This document shows, in pieces, positions 1-9,563 of a DNA stretch of 58,172 nucleotides (its first letter is position 1; each line of letters starts with the position of its first letter). Origin of the DNA: Thermoproteota archaeon. GTDB taxonomy: Archaea > Korarchaeota > Korarchaeia > B14-G2. Made by a program: the position numbers and the translations under genes. The stretch is from the NCBI GenBank assembly GCA_037917675.1, contig JAVCBW010000037.1, positions 1 to 58,172 of the forward strand, written 5' to 3'. The notes under the pieces are model-generated. The model searched no databases, had not been told where the DNA came from, and saw only the letters and a list, made by a program, of their open reading frames with translations.

Positions 1-70
1 AAGCTAGAGACAGGCTATCACCAGAGCACAAGCTACATTGGTGTTTTAAACCTTTCCTCCTACTGCTCTC

Positions 71-1147
71 CTAGCTCCAGCACCAGACCCAGTGCCTGCT
101 AGCCATGTAGTTTGCTATGAACCCTAGGGCTATTCCAGCTAGGTTCGAGGCTAGGTAGTATATGCCTAGTGCTGTGAGAGCTAGGAGAGCAGCCATGTTC
201 ACAGTAGCACCCAGCGCGACAGCAGCATGATACTTCAGACACCTAGCAGCTAGGCTACCAGACCTCTGGTCTCTGAAGGTCCATAGGTCGTTCCAGGTGA
301 AGTTGCTTAGGATGGAGGCTTCGATAGCTAGCAGGCCAGCTGTAGCCAGCTTCAAGCCGAGGAGCCCCCTGAGGGCGTAGAGGAGCCCCTCGTTCACAGC
401 CACGCCACTACACCCAACTACAGTGAACTTCAAGGCTCTACCAAGCTCACCACTCCACTTCATCAGCTTGAGCAGGTGTCTAACATACTTGAAGACCTCT
501 ATCGAGCTGAGCTTGCTCTCTCCACGCTGCCTACACCTGAAGACATAGGGTACCTCAGTCACCCTCCTATACCTCCCCTTCACAAGGACCTCTAGAAGAA
601 CCTTATAGCCTACTGGGCTCAGCTCAACACCTTCTATGACGCTCCTCTTAATAGCAAAGAAGCCTGACATAGGGTCCTTGACACGCCTAGCTCTAGGGAG
701 TAGGAGCCTAGCTAGCATGGTAGCCCCCCATGAGACAGCTCTCCTAGCTAAGCTCCAGCCTTCAACCCTACCTCCATAGGCATACCTGCTTGCTACAGCT
801 ATGTCAGTTTCCTCTAATGCAGCTATTAGCCTAGGTACATCCTCAGGAGGATGCTGGAGGTCAGCATCCATGACGACAATAGCCTCCCCTCTAGCCTCCC
901 TGAATCCTCTGACGACAGCTGAAGCCAGCCCTCTCACTCCAACTCTCCTGATGACCTTAACAGGGTACTTCTGAGAGAGCTCTAAGGCTGCCTCCCAGGT
1001 TCCATCAGGGCTATCATCATCGACTACTATGACCTCGTATTCAAAGCCTCTCATAGAGGAGTCAAGCCTCCTCAGGAGCTCCTCTATGTTCTCCCTCTCA
1101 TTGTATGTTGGGACTACAATAGAGATCACACTAGCCCCCATTAGCAT
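71..1147 (-). CDS. GT2 polyprenol/dolichol-phosphate glycosyltransferase with C-terminal GtrA-like membrane domain
   Basis: VVPTYNERENI, VVDDDSPDGT, MDADLQHPPE, DPMSGFFA motifs. Hydrophobic C-terminus with SNFTWNDLWTF, typical of GtrA. Confidence 0.9.
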   Translation of the reverse strand: MLMGASVISIVVPTYNERENIEELLRRLDSSMRGFEYEVIVVDDDSPDGTWEAALELSQKYPVKVIRRVGVRGLASAVVRGFREARGEAIVVMDADLQHPPEDVPRLIAALEETDIAVASRYAYGGRVEGWSLARRAVSWGATMLARLLLPRARRVKDPMSGFFAIKRSVIEGVELSPVGYKVLLEVLVKGRYRRVTEVPYVFRCRQRGESKLSSIEVFKYVRHLLKLMKWSGELGRALKFTVVGCSGVAVNEGLLYALRGLLGLKLATAGLLAIEASILSNFTWNDLWTFRDQRSGSLAARCLKYHAAVALGATVNMAALLALTALGIYYLASNLAGIALGFIANYMASRHWVWCWS

Positions 1148-1361
1148 CCCTTACATCAGCTAGCTTAAGACATTACCTAAGTAAGTAGTCTGCTCTATAT
1201 GCCCCTAGCACCCAGGAGGCTGCTGACACCAGGGCCTCAAGCATCGCTCCATGAGCACCTGGTAGCCTGATGCCTCAGCTTCACTGTGAGAGCCGCTGAC
1301 GCTGGAACCCAGCTCTGCCCTATAGATGCCCTGTAAACTTAAATATGCAAGAAGCCTCAGG

Positions 1362-2165
1362 ATGTGGTGCCCAGCTCTGATTGAAGTGAGAGAGCTTACT
1401 GTGAGGTATAAGCTGAGTGAGGAGCCTGCTGTCAAGGGAGTTAACGCTGTGTTTGACAGGAACAGTGTGATCCTAGGGCCTAATGGTAGCGGGAAGACTA
1501 CACTCTTCAAGGTGATCTGTGGGCTCACTAACATAGCTGAAGGAGAGATACTGGTCAATGGAGCTGAGGTAGATAGCATCTATGCTAAGCCAGGTGTGCT
1601 AGCTGTGAACTTCCCTGAGGTCTATATGCTAGTGGATGTAAGTGTATATGAGGTGGTCAAGCTCTACTCTGACCTGATAGGAGGGCGTGTAGAGGAGGCC
1701 TTGGAGATAGCTGAGGAGCTTGGTGTTGGAAGAGACCTGATGAAGAGGAGGAAGCTGAGAGAGCTTTCAGCTGGCCAGCTCAAGTCTGTCTGTGCAGCTC
1801 TAGCCCTCTTCTCTAGGGCTGAGCATGTCCTCTTAGATGAGCCATTTGAGCAGCTTGACCCAGCTAAGAAGGGGAGGCTGATAGGCAGGCTTAGCAGGTA
1901 TCCTGGTGTGGTGCTGCTGAACACGCATGAGACATGGCTCTTGAAGAGCCTAGCAGACTGGAGGGCCTACTTCATGTGTGAGGGTAGGCTCTATGGTCCT
2001 GCTGAGGTCAGAGACCTGCTTAGGAGCTCCATTACAGTGGGGGATGAGCCGGATGCAGTGATGAGGGTTGAAGCTGGAGGGAGGGTGATAAGTGTGGTCA
2101 GAGAGGAGAAGGGTACTCCTCTGACAAGCATAGAGAACCTAGATAGGATATATGACATGCTATAG
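1362..2165 (+). CDS. ABC transporter ATP-binding protein
   Basis: Walker A GPNGSGKTT, signature LSAGQ, Walker B LLDEP. Start moved from 1326 because a TATA-like cttaaata lies at about 1338-1345; exact start uncertain. Confidence 0.85.
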   Translation: MWCPALIEVRELTVRYKLSEEPAVKGVNAVFDRNSVILGPNGSGKTTLFKVICGLTNIAEGEILVNGAEVDSIYAKPGVLAVNFPEVYMLVDVSVYEVVKLYSDLIGGRVEEALEIAEELGVGRDLMKRRKLRELSAGQLKSVCAALALFSRAEHVLLDEPFEQLDPAKKGRLIGRLSRYPGVVLLNTHETWLLKSLADWRAYFMCEGRLYGPAEVRDLLRSSITVGDEPDAVMRVEAGGRVISVVREEKGTPLTSIENLDRIYDML

Positions 2166-2175
2166 GGTGGCTGAC

Positions 2176-2982
2176 ATGACAAGGTACCTGAAGACCCTAG
2201 CTAAGAGCATGCTTACCAGCTCTGAAATCCTCTTCTGGTCAATATTCTTCGTGGAGTTCTGGGTTGCGATGGGGGTTCTGGTATTCGCTAAGTATACCCC
2301 TCCTATCAGGGAAGTTCAGGTGTCTATGGCTTCAATAACCTACGGGACCCTCAACCTGCTTTCCCTGTCGTCTGTCGCAGTGGGCATAGTGTACTCAACA
2401 CTCTATGCCTCTAAGTCAGTGAGGTATGTAACTAAGTTCACTAGGCTATCTCCATCAAGATACCTGCTTGAGAACACCATCGGGTCGCTGGTGGTTCTCT
2501 TAGTCGTCTCAGCAGTTCTGCTGGCCTCCTCTATAGCAGCCTTCTCATGGAGGTTCGGCTTCACGCTGCTCCCTCACAGCATGCTAGGTGTAGCAGCATC
2601 TACTCTGCTAGGAGCTCTGCTGAGCTACCTGCTAGGCTTGCTCATAGGCTTAGCTCTAGTAGTGCTTAGAGCTCCGAAGTCAGCTTCATTCACATCCTAT
2701 CTCCCACTGATCCTCGGCTTCATATCATATGTAGTGCTCTGGGTAGACTTCGGCAAGGCAACATATCTGATCCCATACAACTGCCTCGTAGCAGTATGCT
2801 ACTACTTCTACTCTGGGCACAAGCCCCTAACTGGAGAGTACATCTGGCAGGGTGGAGCTCCAGTCAGCGTAGAGCTTGCTGCAGCAAGCCTGATAGCCTA
2901 CATACTGCTACTGGCTATAGTGAACACCCTGCTAGTGAGAAGGATGTATGGAGTAGGAGTAGAGGAGATTAGAGTAGTCTAG
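2176..2982 (+). CDS. ABC-2-type permease (about 6 TM)
   Basis: Multiple hydrophobic segments, directly downstream of the ABC ATPase. In-frame ATG at 2176 after a ggtgg RBS-like sequence. Confidence 0.7.
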   Translation: MTRYLKTLAKSMLTSSEILFWSIFFVEFWVAMGVLVFAKYTPPIREVQVSMASITYGTLNLLSLSSVAVGIVYSTLYASKSVRYVTKFTRLSPSRYLLENTIGSLVVLLVVSAVLLASSIAAFSWRFGFTLLPHSMLGVAASTLLGALLSYLLGLLIGLALVVLRAPKSASFTSYLPLILGFISYVVLWVDFGKATYLIPYNCLVAVCYYFYSGHKPLTGEYIWQGGAPVSVELAAASLIAYILLLAIVNTLLVRRMYGVGVEEIRVV

Positions 2983-3011
2983 GAGGCAGCATCCTGCAGC
3001 CTGATCCCGCG

Positions 3012-3155
3012 AGGAAAGACAGCTTAAAGAGCGGAAAAAGCCTCCGGAGCTCCACTGGAGTCACATACGACACAAGCATGGAGGATGAGATAGCTGCATC
3101 AATGCTAGTGAGGAGAATGGAGCTAGGTTTCGGCGACATCCTCAATCTTCAATAA
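3012..3155 (+). pseudogene. Probable PIN/VapC-domain remnant
   Basis: Hand translation SLRSSTGVTYDTSMEDEIAASMLVRRMELGFGDILNLQ* resembles the helix-LDFDDAL segment of archaeal PIN proteins. No start, truncated. Confidence 0.4.
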
Positions 3156-3365
3156 GAATTATGCTGAAGGGCTTTGAAGCATGGTGAAGCTGTTAAATCA
3201 GCTCATAGGCTACTTGAGAGGTCTAGCGGATGTGGGTAGAAGTGTGGCTTCTGAGAGGCCTGTAGATGAGCTCAGCGATCTGCTCTTAATGGAGCCTTAT
3301 GAGCTTAGGACCTAGCTAGATGTGGGGTAAAAGATGGTGGGAGAGGCGTATGGGTTGAGTGGAGG

Positions 3366-5039
3366 TCAGGGTTTAGCTGGTGGAGAAGGTGGAGCTCGGG
3401 GTGGAGGAGGCCTCCTCGGCTTAGCTAAGGCTACTATGACAGCTATGATTGCTGCAGCTATTATAGCTAGGGCAGCTAGTGCTCTCTTGAACATAGCTGT
3501 AGGCTGAGGTGAGGGGGATGCTTGAGGAGGCTTGGCTTCTGGTGCTGCTGAAGTAGGTGGCTTAGCTGTCTGAGCTGGTGTAGATGGTGGAGGCGGAGAT
3601 GAGGGGGGCTGTGTCCTAGGCTGCTCTACGACTATAGTCATGGTTGCCATGTTGTTCCCTCTATCTGCATCTCTGATCTTGTTCTCTGGGTCTACTCTCA
3701 GTGTTATAGTGTATTCTCCTGGCTCTGGAGGAGTCCAGTATAACGCTATGAGGCGAGAGCTTTCAGGGTCTATTGGAGGGACTGCTGCCTCAGCTATCTC
3801 CTCTTCTGCCAGCTCAGCCACTAGCTTCGTCTCCATTGAGGTAGCTTGCCCTAGGTTTGACACCCGTACCTGTATTTCTGCTGGTAGCCCTACTTGGATG
3901 GCTAGCTTCATGGAGGTAGGCTCTACACTGAGGTCTGGCTTCCTCTCCTCTACTATGGTGAGCCTAGCTTGCCTAATATTGTTTAGGTGGCTCCACTCTA
4001 CAAACTCTGCTGTGGGGTTTACTGCTACTGTGACTATGAGCTCCCCCTTCCTCCTGGCTTCTAGCTTGAACGCTACTTCAGCTAGCCCTCCTGGAGGTAT
4101 CTCTGGAACCTCTAGGGACGCTATGTAGCTCTCTGCATACACCTTCAGCTCAGCTTTAGGTGAAGGTGCGTCTCCCCTGTTTGCTACTATGGCTTTACCC
4201 TCTAGCTCACCTGGTGTAGCTTGTGGTGGGAGGTCTATGGCCTCTACTGTTAGATCTGGGGCGCCTACGTGTGCCTCTATCACCAGCTTGTTGTCCTCCT
4301 CACTGTGCTCTCTGATCTCCTGCTCTGGGTCAGCTATCACCTCTAGGGTATAGTCTCCTGGCTCTCTTGGAGTCCACTTGAGCTCAGCTATGGTAGCCTC
4401 ACTTGGCCTGAGGTCTAGGGTAGTGCTAGAGGTAGGCTCCCCGTCTACTCTGAGCTCTATTGTTGGCTTAGCTGGCTTCTCCCCTGTGTTCTCGACTTTA
4501 ACCCTCACTACAGCTTCCTCTCCAGCTCTGAGCTCGCCTAAGCTGGCTTCAGCCAGGTGTATGTCTGGAGCAGGCAGCTCACCTACGAGTATCTCTGCCT
4601 TAGGCCAGTTTGCTGGTGAGCCGCTCCAGCTTCCAGTAGAGTAGGCTGGAGACAAGATCCAGATTCCAGCTTCACTCAGGTTGAATGGAGGGCTCCTATA
4701 GGTCTCCTTCTCACCTGGCTCTATGGTCAGCTTTACATATGCCTGCTCTCCTATCTTGAAGACTTCTCCTGAAGGCGACTTCGCCAGCACATAGAGTGAG
4801 CGTAGCTTAACTGCGTCAGAGCCTCTGTTGACGACCTCAAAGATGACCATGAAGGAGCTGCTTGGCTCTGGCTTATGGCTGCTACAGTATACTGTATACC
4901 TGACAACTTCAAGCATGTGAGGAGAGTAATAGGACCAGTACTTCTGGAAGATTATGAACCAGCCTTGGCCTGCAGCTAAGGCAGCTGACGTCAGGGTTAA
5001 GAGCAAAAGTAGATGCTTCAGCTTCAACTTAGGCACCAT
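3366..5039 (-). CDS. Cell-surface protein with three CARDB (Ig-like) repeats, Pro-rich linker and C-terminal TM anchor
   Basis: N-terminal signal peptide. Repeats start PDI/PDL and end DPEQEIREHSEEDN, NPTAEFVEWSHLNN, DPENKIRDADRGNN. P/S/T linker, TM helix, Pro/Arg tail. Confidence 0.85.
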   Translation of the reverse strand: MVPKLKLKHLLLLLTLTSAALAAGQGWFIIFQKYWSYYSPHMLEVVRYTVYCSSHKPEPSSSFMVIFEVVNRGSDAVKLRSLYVLAKSPSGEVFKIGEQAYVKLTIEPGEKETYRSPPFNLSEAGIWILSPAYSTGSWSGSPANWPKAEILVGELPAPDIHLAEASLGELRAGEEAVVRVKVENTGEKPAKPTIELRVDGEPTSSTTLDLRPSEATIAELKWTPREPGDYTLEVIADPEQEIREHSEEDNKLVIEAHVGAPDLTVEAIDLPPQATPGELEGKAIVANRGDAPSPKAELKVYAESYIASLEVPEIPPGGLAEVAFKLEARRKGELIVTVAVNPTAEFVEWSHLNNIRQARLTIVEERKPDLSVEPTSMKLAIQVGLPAEIQVRVSNLGQATSMETKLVAELAEEEIAEAAVPPIDPESSRLIALYWTPPEPGEYTITLRVDPENKIRDADRGNNMATMTIVVEQPRTQPPSSPPPPSTPAQTAKPPTSAAPEAKPPQASPSPQPTAMFKRALAALAIIAAAIIAVIVALAKPRRPPPPRAPPSPPAKP

Positions 5040-5087
5040 AGGCCCTATAGGCTCATGCTTATTAACCTGCCTATAGCCTCTGAGGCT

Positions 5088-6014
5088 ATGAGCTGCTGGG
5101 AGGCTGGGAGGATAGCTGTAGAAGCCTCTCTGCTAGAGGTCTCTGGGACACCGAAGCCTGGGAACGTGCATAGGCTAGCTAGGCTACCTGAGCTCTCCTA
5201 TGAAGACTTCCTGAGGGGAGCTACCTGCCTGTTTGAGCCTTCTGCTAGAGCTTATGCTGAAGCTGCAAGGGGGAGAGCTAGAGTAGGATACCTCATCAAG
5301 CTTGGGGTAAGCTTGATGCTTAAGGCTACTGGAGGGAAGAACACCCATCTAGGCTCCCTGATCCTAGCTGTCCCAGTGTCAGCTGCAGCTGCCCTAGGCA
5401 TGGAGCTGGGTGAAGCTGTCATAGAGGTGCTCTCAGCCTGCACAAGTGAGGACTCAGCTATGCTAGCTGAGGCTATAAGAGCTAGTGGGAGCAGCGTGGT
5501 TGGTGAGCTTAGAGACAGGAAGCTAGACATATGGTCTATGGCTCATCCTCCACCCCTCCTAGAGCTCTTGGAGGAGGCATCAAGCTGGGACATGCTATGC
5601 AGAGAGCTGGTCGAGAGGCTTCCAGCATCTAGAGAGGGGCTTAGGGTCTATGCCTCCCTGGTGGACATAGACTTGAATGCTGCCTGCGTCAACACATATC
5701 TCACTATACTGGCCTCTCACCCTGACACTCACGTCGCCAGGAGAGCTGGGATGCATATGGGCTACAAGGACCCTAGGGATGCTGTTGAAGCAGGCATGAG
5801 TGTAGCCAGGTGGGTTTCAGAGTATGCGAGAAAGGTCCTTGAAGCTGGAGGCATGCTGACTCCAGCTGGGCGTGCACTAGCATGGAGGATGGACTGGGAG
5901 CTGAGGAGCAGGGAGCTGAACCCAGGTGCCTCAGCTGACCTCACAGCTCTCTCCATAATGCTCTACATCCTCTCTAGGAGGAGGCTGCAGGCACCTGGCT
6001 ATAGCTGCCCTTAG
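5088..6014 (+). CDS. Triphosphoribosyl-dephospho-CoA synthase (CitG/MdcB)-like protein
   Basis: LLEVSGTPKPGNVHR, GGKNTHLG, NPGASADLTA motifs. Start placed at in-frame ATG 5088 because 5013 overlaps the divergent gene. Confidence 0.8.
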   Translation: MSCWEAGRIAVEASLLEVSGTPKPGNVHRLARLPELSYEDFLRGATCLFEPSARAYAEAARGRARVGYLIKLGVSLMLKATGGKNTHLGSLILAVPVSAAAALGMELGEAVIEVLSACTSEDSAMLAEAIRASGSSVVGELRDRKLDIWSMAHPPPLLELLEEASSWDMLCRELVERLPASREGLRVYASLVDIDLNAACVNTYLTILASHPDTHVARRAGMHMGYKDPRDAVEAGMSVARWVSEYARKVLEAGGMLTPAGRALAWRMDWELRSRELNPGASADLTALSIMLYILSRRRLQAPGYSCP

Positions 6015-6397
6015 CCTAGCTCCCATCACTTGAACACTATCCTAAAATCCTATGACCTGAGCTTCATGCAGCTAGTGCTACATGCCTCCAGCTGAAGCAG
6101 CCTTAAGCTTCCAGCTGAGGCTCCTTCAAAGCTCTCATGTCCTCAGCTCTCAAGTCTAGCCTCATGTGAGAAGGGCTGTCAACCCGAGGATTGACCATGG
6201 ATGCCATCCTTGCTTGAGAGCTCTCCCTCATCTTAGCCTCCACCTAGTGAGCTTTAGGAGGCATCTGAGCTATCTCACACAAGCAGAGATGCTGGTGCTC
6301 AACCTGATATCATAGCTGGCTGTCAGCTACTATGCTTAGCCTACTGTAGGAGCAGCATTGAGGTAAAGTTAAAAATCGTCGTAGGCAAGTCTACCAT

Positions 6398-7276
6398 ATG
6401 AGGTTCTGCTATGTCACTCTGCTAGTGCTCACATTGATGCTATCTGGGTGTATAGGCCAAGTATCAAAGCTTACACCAAGGCCTCTACCTAGCAAGCTGG
6501 CGACGCCAACGTCTCTAGCACCTGGTAGACGCGGGTATAGGGTAATTGAGGACATAGACTACTATGGTGATGGAAGCTACAAGCATATGCTAGACCTCTA
6601 TCTTCCTGAGGGTAGTGGCTTCCCTACTTTGGTGTTTGTGCATGGTGGAGCTTGGCATACTGGCGACAGGAAGCAAGGTGTCCTCGTGGAGCTAGCTAAG
6701 TCTCTGGCTAGAGATGGTGTGGCTGTAGCCCTGGTGAGCTATAGGCTTGCTCCAGAGGTCACGTGGAGAGAGATGGCTGAGGATGTTGCTAGAGCAGTGA
6801 AGTGGGCTTCAGAGCACATAAGCGAGTATGGTGGCTCAGGTGTCATCGTGCTGGGAGGTCACTCAGCTGGAGCACACCTAGCAGCTCTCATAGCCTTATG
6901 TGGGAAGAGTAGCATCAGGATAAGTGGGCTGATAGCATGGAGCGGAATATACGATGTAGCTGAGCTCATGATGAAGGTGGGTGACGAGAGCTTTAAGGAA
7001 GCCTTCACAGGAGAGCCAAGTGAATGGAGGGAAGCCTCCCCGATAACATGGGTTTCAGCAGGAGACCCACCGACACTAGTAGTCTATGGTAGCAGGAACC
7101 CTGAGCTCATAGTAGAGCAGTCTAATGAGCTATATGAAGCTCTTAAGAAGGCAGGTGTCCAAGTAGAGCTCATAGTGCTGGAGGGGGAGACGCATGCCTC
7201 AGAGGTAAAGCAGGCAGCATCCAGAGGAGAAGCCTATGAGGCCATCCTCGAGTTCATAAGGACACTGAGACCCTAG
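6398..7276 (+). CDS. Secreted or lipid-anchored alpha/beta hydrolase (HSL-like esterase)
   Basis: Oxyanion HGGAW, nucleophile elbow GHSAG, C-terminal His in GETH, lipobox-like LSGC. Confidence 0.85.
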   Translation: MRFCYVTLLVLTLMLSGCIGQVSKLTPRPLPSKLATPTSLAPGRRGYRVIEDIDYYGDGSYKHMLDLYLPEGSGFPTLVFVHGGAWHTGDRKQGVLVELAKSLARDGVAVALVSYRLAPEVTWREMAEDVARAVKWASEHISEYGGSGVIVLGGHSAGAHLAALIALCGKSSIRISGLIAWSGIYDVAELMMKVGDESFKEAFTGEPSEWREASPITWVSAGDPPTLVVYGSRNPELIVEQSNELYEALKKAGVQVELIVLEGETHASEVKQAASRGEAYEAILEFIRTLRP

Positions 7277-7360
7277 CTAGGTAGCTGTAGGCTGAGCCTG
7301 AGGCTACATGCGGCGGCTACAGTAGGCTTTTAAGCTAGGAGTACATGCCGCTATAGGGTT

Positions 7361-7428
7361 TCTCCTTGAGGAGGCTAGGTAGGCTGGTGTGGGTTAAGAG
7401 GAGGCTAGGTAGGCTGATCTCCTTGAGG
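7361..7428 (+). repeat. Nested direct repeats: 19 bp gaggaggctaggtaggctg x2 and 11 bp tctccttgagg x2
   Basis: Exact copies at 7368-7386 and 7398-7416, and at 7361-7371 and 7418-7428. Confidence 0.85.
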
Positions 7429-7444
7429 CTCTATAGGAAGAGGT

Positions 7445-7873
7445 ATGGGCATGCCGGTGAGAGTGAAGCTGAGGGTGTCATCTGAGAGCAAGAGCCTGCT
7501 GACATCAGGGTATGTGAACAGCGGGTATGAAGCTGACCAGCCAGAGCTCCTGGTTCCCCTACCTTTAGCTGAGGAGCTTGGGCTGTGGGGGCGAGCCTCA
7601 GAGGAGTATGCTAGAACCCCAGTTGGGATAGGAAAGCTCTATGTCCTATGTAGGAGAGCTAGGGTTCAGGTTGTCACAGATGACAGGGAGACTCAGCCTG
7701 TTAAGGTCTGTGTCGTGGTGTCAGAGTTTGAGAAGGAGGTTCTGATAAGTGACTACCTTGCTGGAGAGCTTGGCATAGCAGTAGAGGACTTCAGGCGTGG
7801 GATCTGGAGGTTCAGAGATGAGCCTCTGAGCAAGCTTAGGGAGTCTGAGGGAGCCCAGTACTGGATCAGGTAG
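7445..7873 (+). CDS. Retropepsin-like (clan AA) fold protein with NSG in place of D[ST]G
   Basis: GYVNSGYE, LLVPLPLAEELGL and EVLISDYLAGELGI match the pattern of archaeal single-domain aspartyl-protease-like proteins. Confidence 0.6.
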   Translation: MGMPVRVKLRVSSESKSLLTSGYVNSGYEADQPELLVPLPLAEELGLWGRASEEYARTPVGIGKLYVLCRRARVQVVTDDRETQPVKVCVVVSEFEKEVLISDYLAGELGIAVEDFRRGIWRFRDEPLSKLRESEGAQYWIR

Positions 7874-7889
7874 CGTAGTAGGCATCTAG

Positions 7890-8759
7890 CTACTCTCTTC
7901 TAGCTGCTATCAGGGCTACAGACAAGGCTATCATCGTGTAGCCTATGAGCTGCTGTGGAGCTGGCTTCTCGCTGAAGAGCAGCAGAGCTAGAGTTGAGGC
8001 TATCACAGGCTCCAGTATGGGTATGGTGTTCGCTACAACAGCCTTGACGCTCCCGAGAGCATAGTTGTAGAGGCCGTGGCCAAACACTGTCGGCACTATA
8101 GCTAACGCTACTATGGCTGCCATGACTTCTCTCGGATACAGCCTAGCTACCTCCACTTCCATAGCTAGGCATGCTGCTAAAGCCACCAGTGAGGCAGACG
8201 TGTAGACGTAGGATATGTAGCATGTCGTAGGCATTCCTGCTCTGAGCCTCCTGCCGAGTAGAGTGTATGCTGCTAGGAGCACTGCTGCAGCAACTGCCAG
8301 AGCATCTCCAGCTGAAGCCTTGGTCAGCCCACCAAGTGACGCTAGCGCTATGCCTACTATAGCCAGCGTGACGCAGAGTGCTTCAATCCAGCTTGTCCTC
8401 TCACCTAACGCTAAGGGGGCTGCTAAGGCTACGAAGACTGGGCTGGTGTTCACGAGGAAAGTGGCGTTTGCCACTGAGGTCATCTTGACTGAAGCCACGA
8501 ACGCTATGAAGTGTAGGCCTAGAGCTACACCAGATGAGGCCAGGGCCTTGGCTTCCCAGCGAGCTGGCTTCCTAAGGGTTCCTAGGGCAGCTGCTCCAGC
8601 TGAAACGATAGCTGAGGACAAGGCTAGCCTATAGAATGCTAGAGCAACTGGGTGTACTCCTCTAGCTAGCCTGATGAGGATTGCAGCAGACCCATAGCAC
8701 ATGGATGCAGCTAGCAGAGCTGCTATGCCTCTAGAGCCTCCGCTCCCCTGGGCCTTCAT
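7890..8759 (-). CDS. EamA/DMT family transporter
   Basis: About 10 TM in two repeats. TSVANATFLVNTSPVF and LEPVIASTLALLLFSE motifs. Confidence 0.9.
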   Translation of the reverse strand: MKAQGSGGSRGIAALLAASMCYGSAAILIRLARGVHPVALAFYRLALSSAIVSAGAAALGTLRKPARWEAKALASSGVALGLHFIAFVASVKMTSVANATFLVNTSPVFVALAAPLALGERTSWIEALCVTLAIVGIALASLGGLTKASAGDALAVAAAVLLAAYTLLGRRLRAGMPTTCYISYVYTSASLVALAACLAMEVEVARLYPREVMAAIVALAIVPTVFGHGLYNYALGSVKAVVANTIPILEPVIASTLALLLFSEKPAPQQLIGYTMIALSVALIAARRE

Positions 8760-9498
8760 ACACTATTTCCTCTAAGGGGATCTCCTTGAAAGGCTCTCCC
8801 TCAACCATCTCCTCATAGGCATGTGCTGCTACACCTAGAGCTCTAGAGAGGGCGAATATTGCTCTGCCAGCTCTCCAGTCGAACCCCAGCTCACAGGCTA
8901 CTGCAGCCATAGCTCCATCGATGTTCATCGGAAGCCTTCTGCCAGCCTTCTCTAGGGCTCTGCCGACTTCGAGCGCAGCCCTGATATAGCCTCTATCAAG
9001 GCCACACTCCCTAGCTATCTCGAGGAGCTTCTTGACCCTAGGGTCATCTGTATGGATCTTATGCCCGAAGCCAGGTACCCTCTTGCCCTCAGCTAGCAGC
9101 TTTCCTACAGCTTCCTCAGCAGCCTTCTCAAGCCCAACCTCATCTCCCCTAGCCTTAACATCATAGAATAGCTTCATGGCGTCTTCGATCGCTCCACCAT
9201 GGTATCTCCCCATAGCGTTTATCCCACTAGCTATAGCGTTCTGTAGCCCTACTCCACCTGATGCAACAAGCCTAGCAGCTGAGACAGAGGGGCAGAACAC
9301 ACTGTGGTCGCAGCCTGCGACAAGCAAGGCATCTAGAGCACGCTTCCACTCCTTTGGAGGGAGCTCTCCGTTGAACATCAGGTAGAGCATCTCTCCATAG
9401 CTCACTCTGCCAATCAGCTCATCAAGCCTATAGCCTCGGACGACAACCTTGTTCCTCTCGACATACGATATCTTGGTCCTCCAGATCAACTGTGACAC
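8731..9498 (-). CDS. Citryl-CoA lyase (short citrate-synthase family)
   Basis: 255 aa. WRTKIS..VRGY start, DHS, HGGA, VPGFGHKIHTDDPR, NIDGA, SRALG motifs. Confidence 0.85.
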   Translation of the reverse strand: MSQLIWRTKISYVERNKVVVRGYRLDELIGRVSYGEMLYLMFNGELPPKEWKRALDALLVAGCDHSVFCPSVSAARLVASGGVGLQNAIASGINAMGRYHGGAIEDAMKLFYDVKARGDEVGLEKAAEEAVGKLLAEGKRVPGFGHKIHTDDPRVKKLLEIARECGLDRGYIRAALEVGRALEKAGRRLPMNIDGAMAAVACELGFDWRAGRAIFALSRALGVAAHAYEEMVEGEPFKEIPLEEIVYEGPGERRL

Positions 9499-9563
9499 CA
9501 GACTCCCATAGCTATCTGGTTAAAAATTCAGCTGCCTATAGCAGCTGCTGACAGCTAGCCAGC

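Noticed and set aside
7361-7428. Repeat-spacer-repeat as a mini CRISPR
   Set aside because: Only two 19-bp copies with an 11-bp spacer, and no cas genes or leader.
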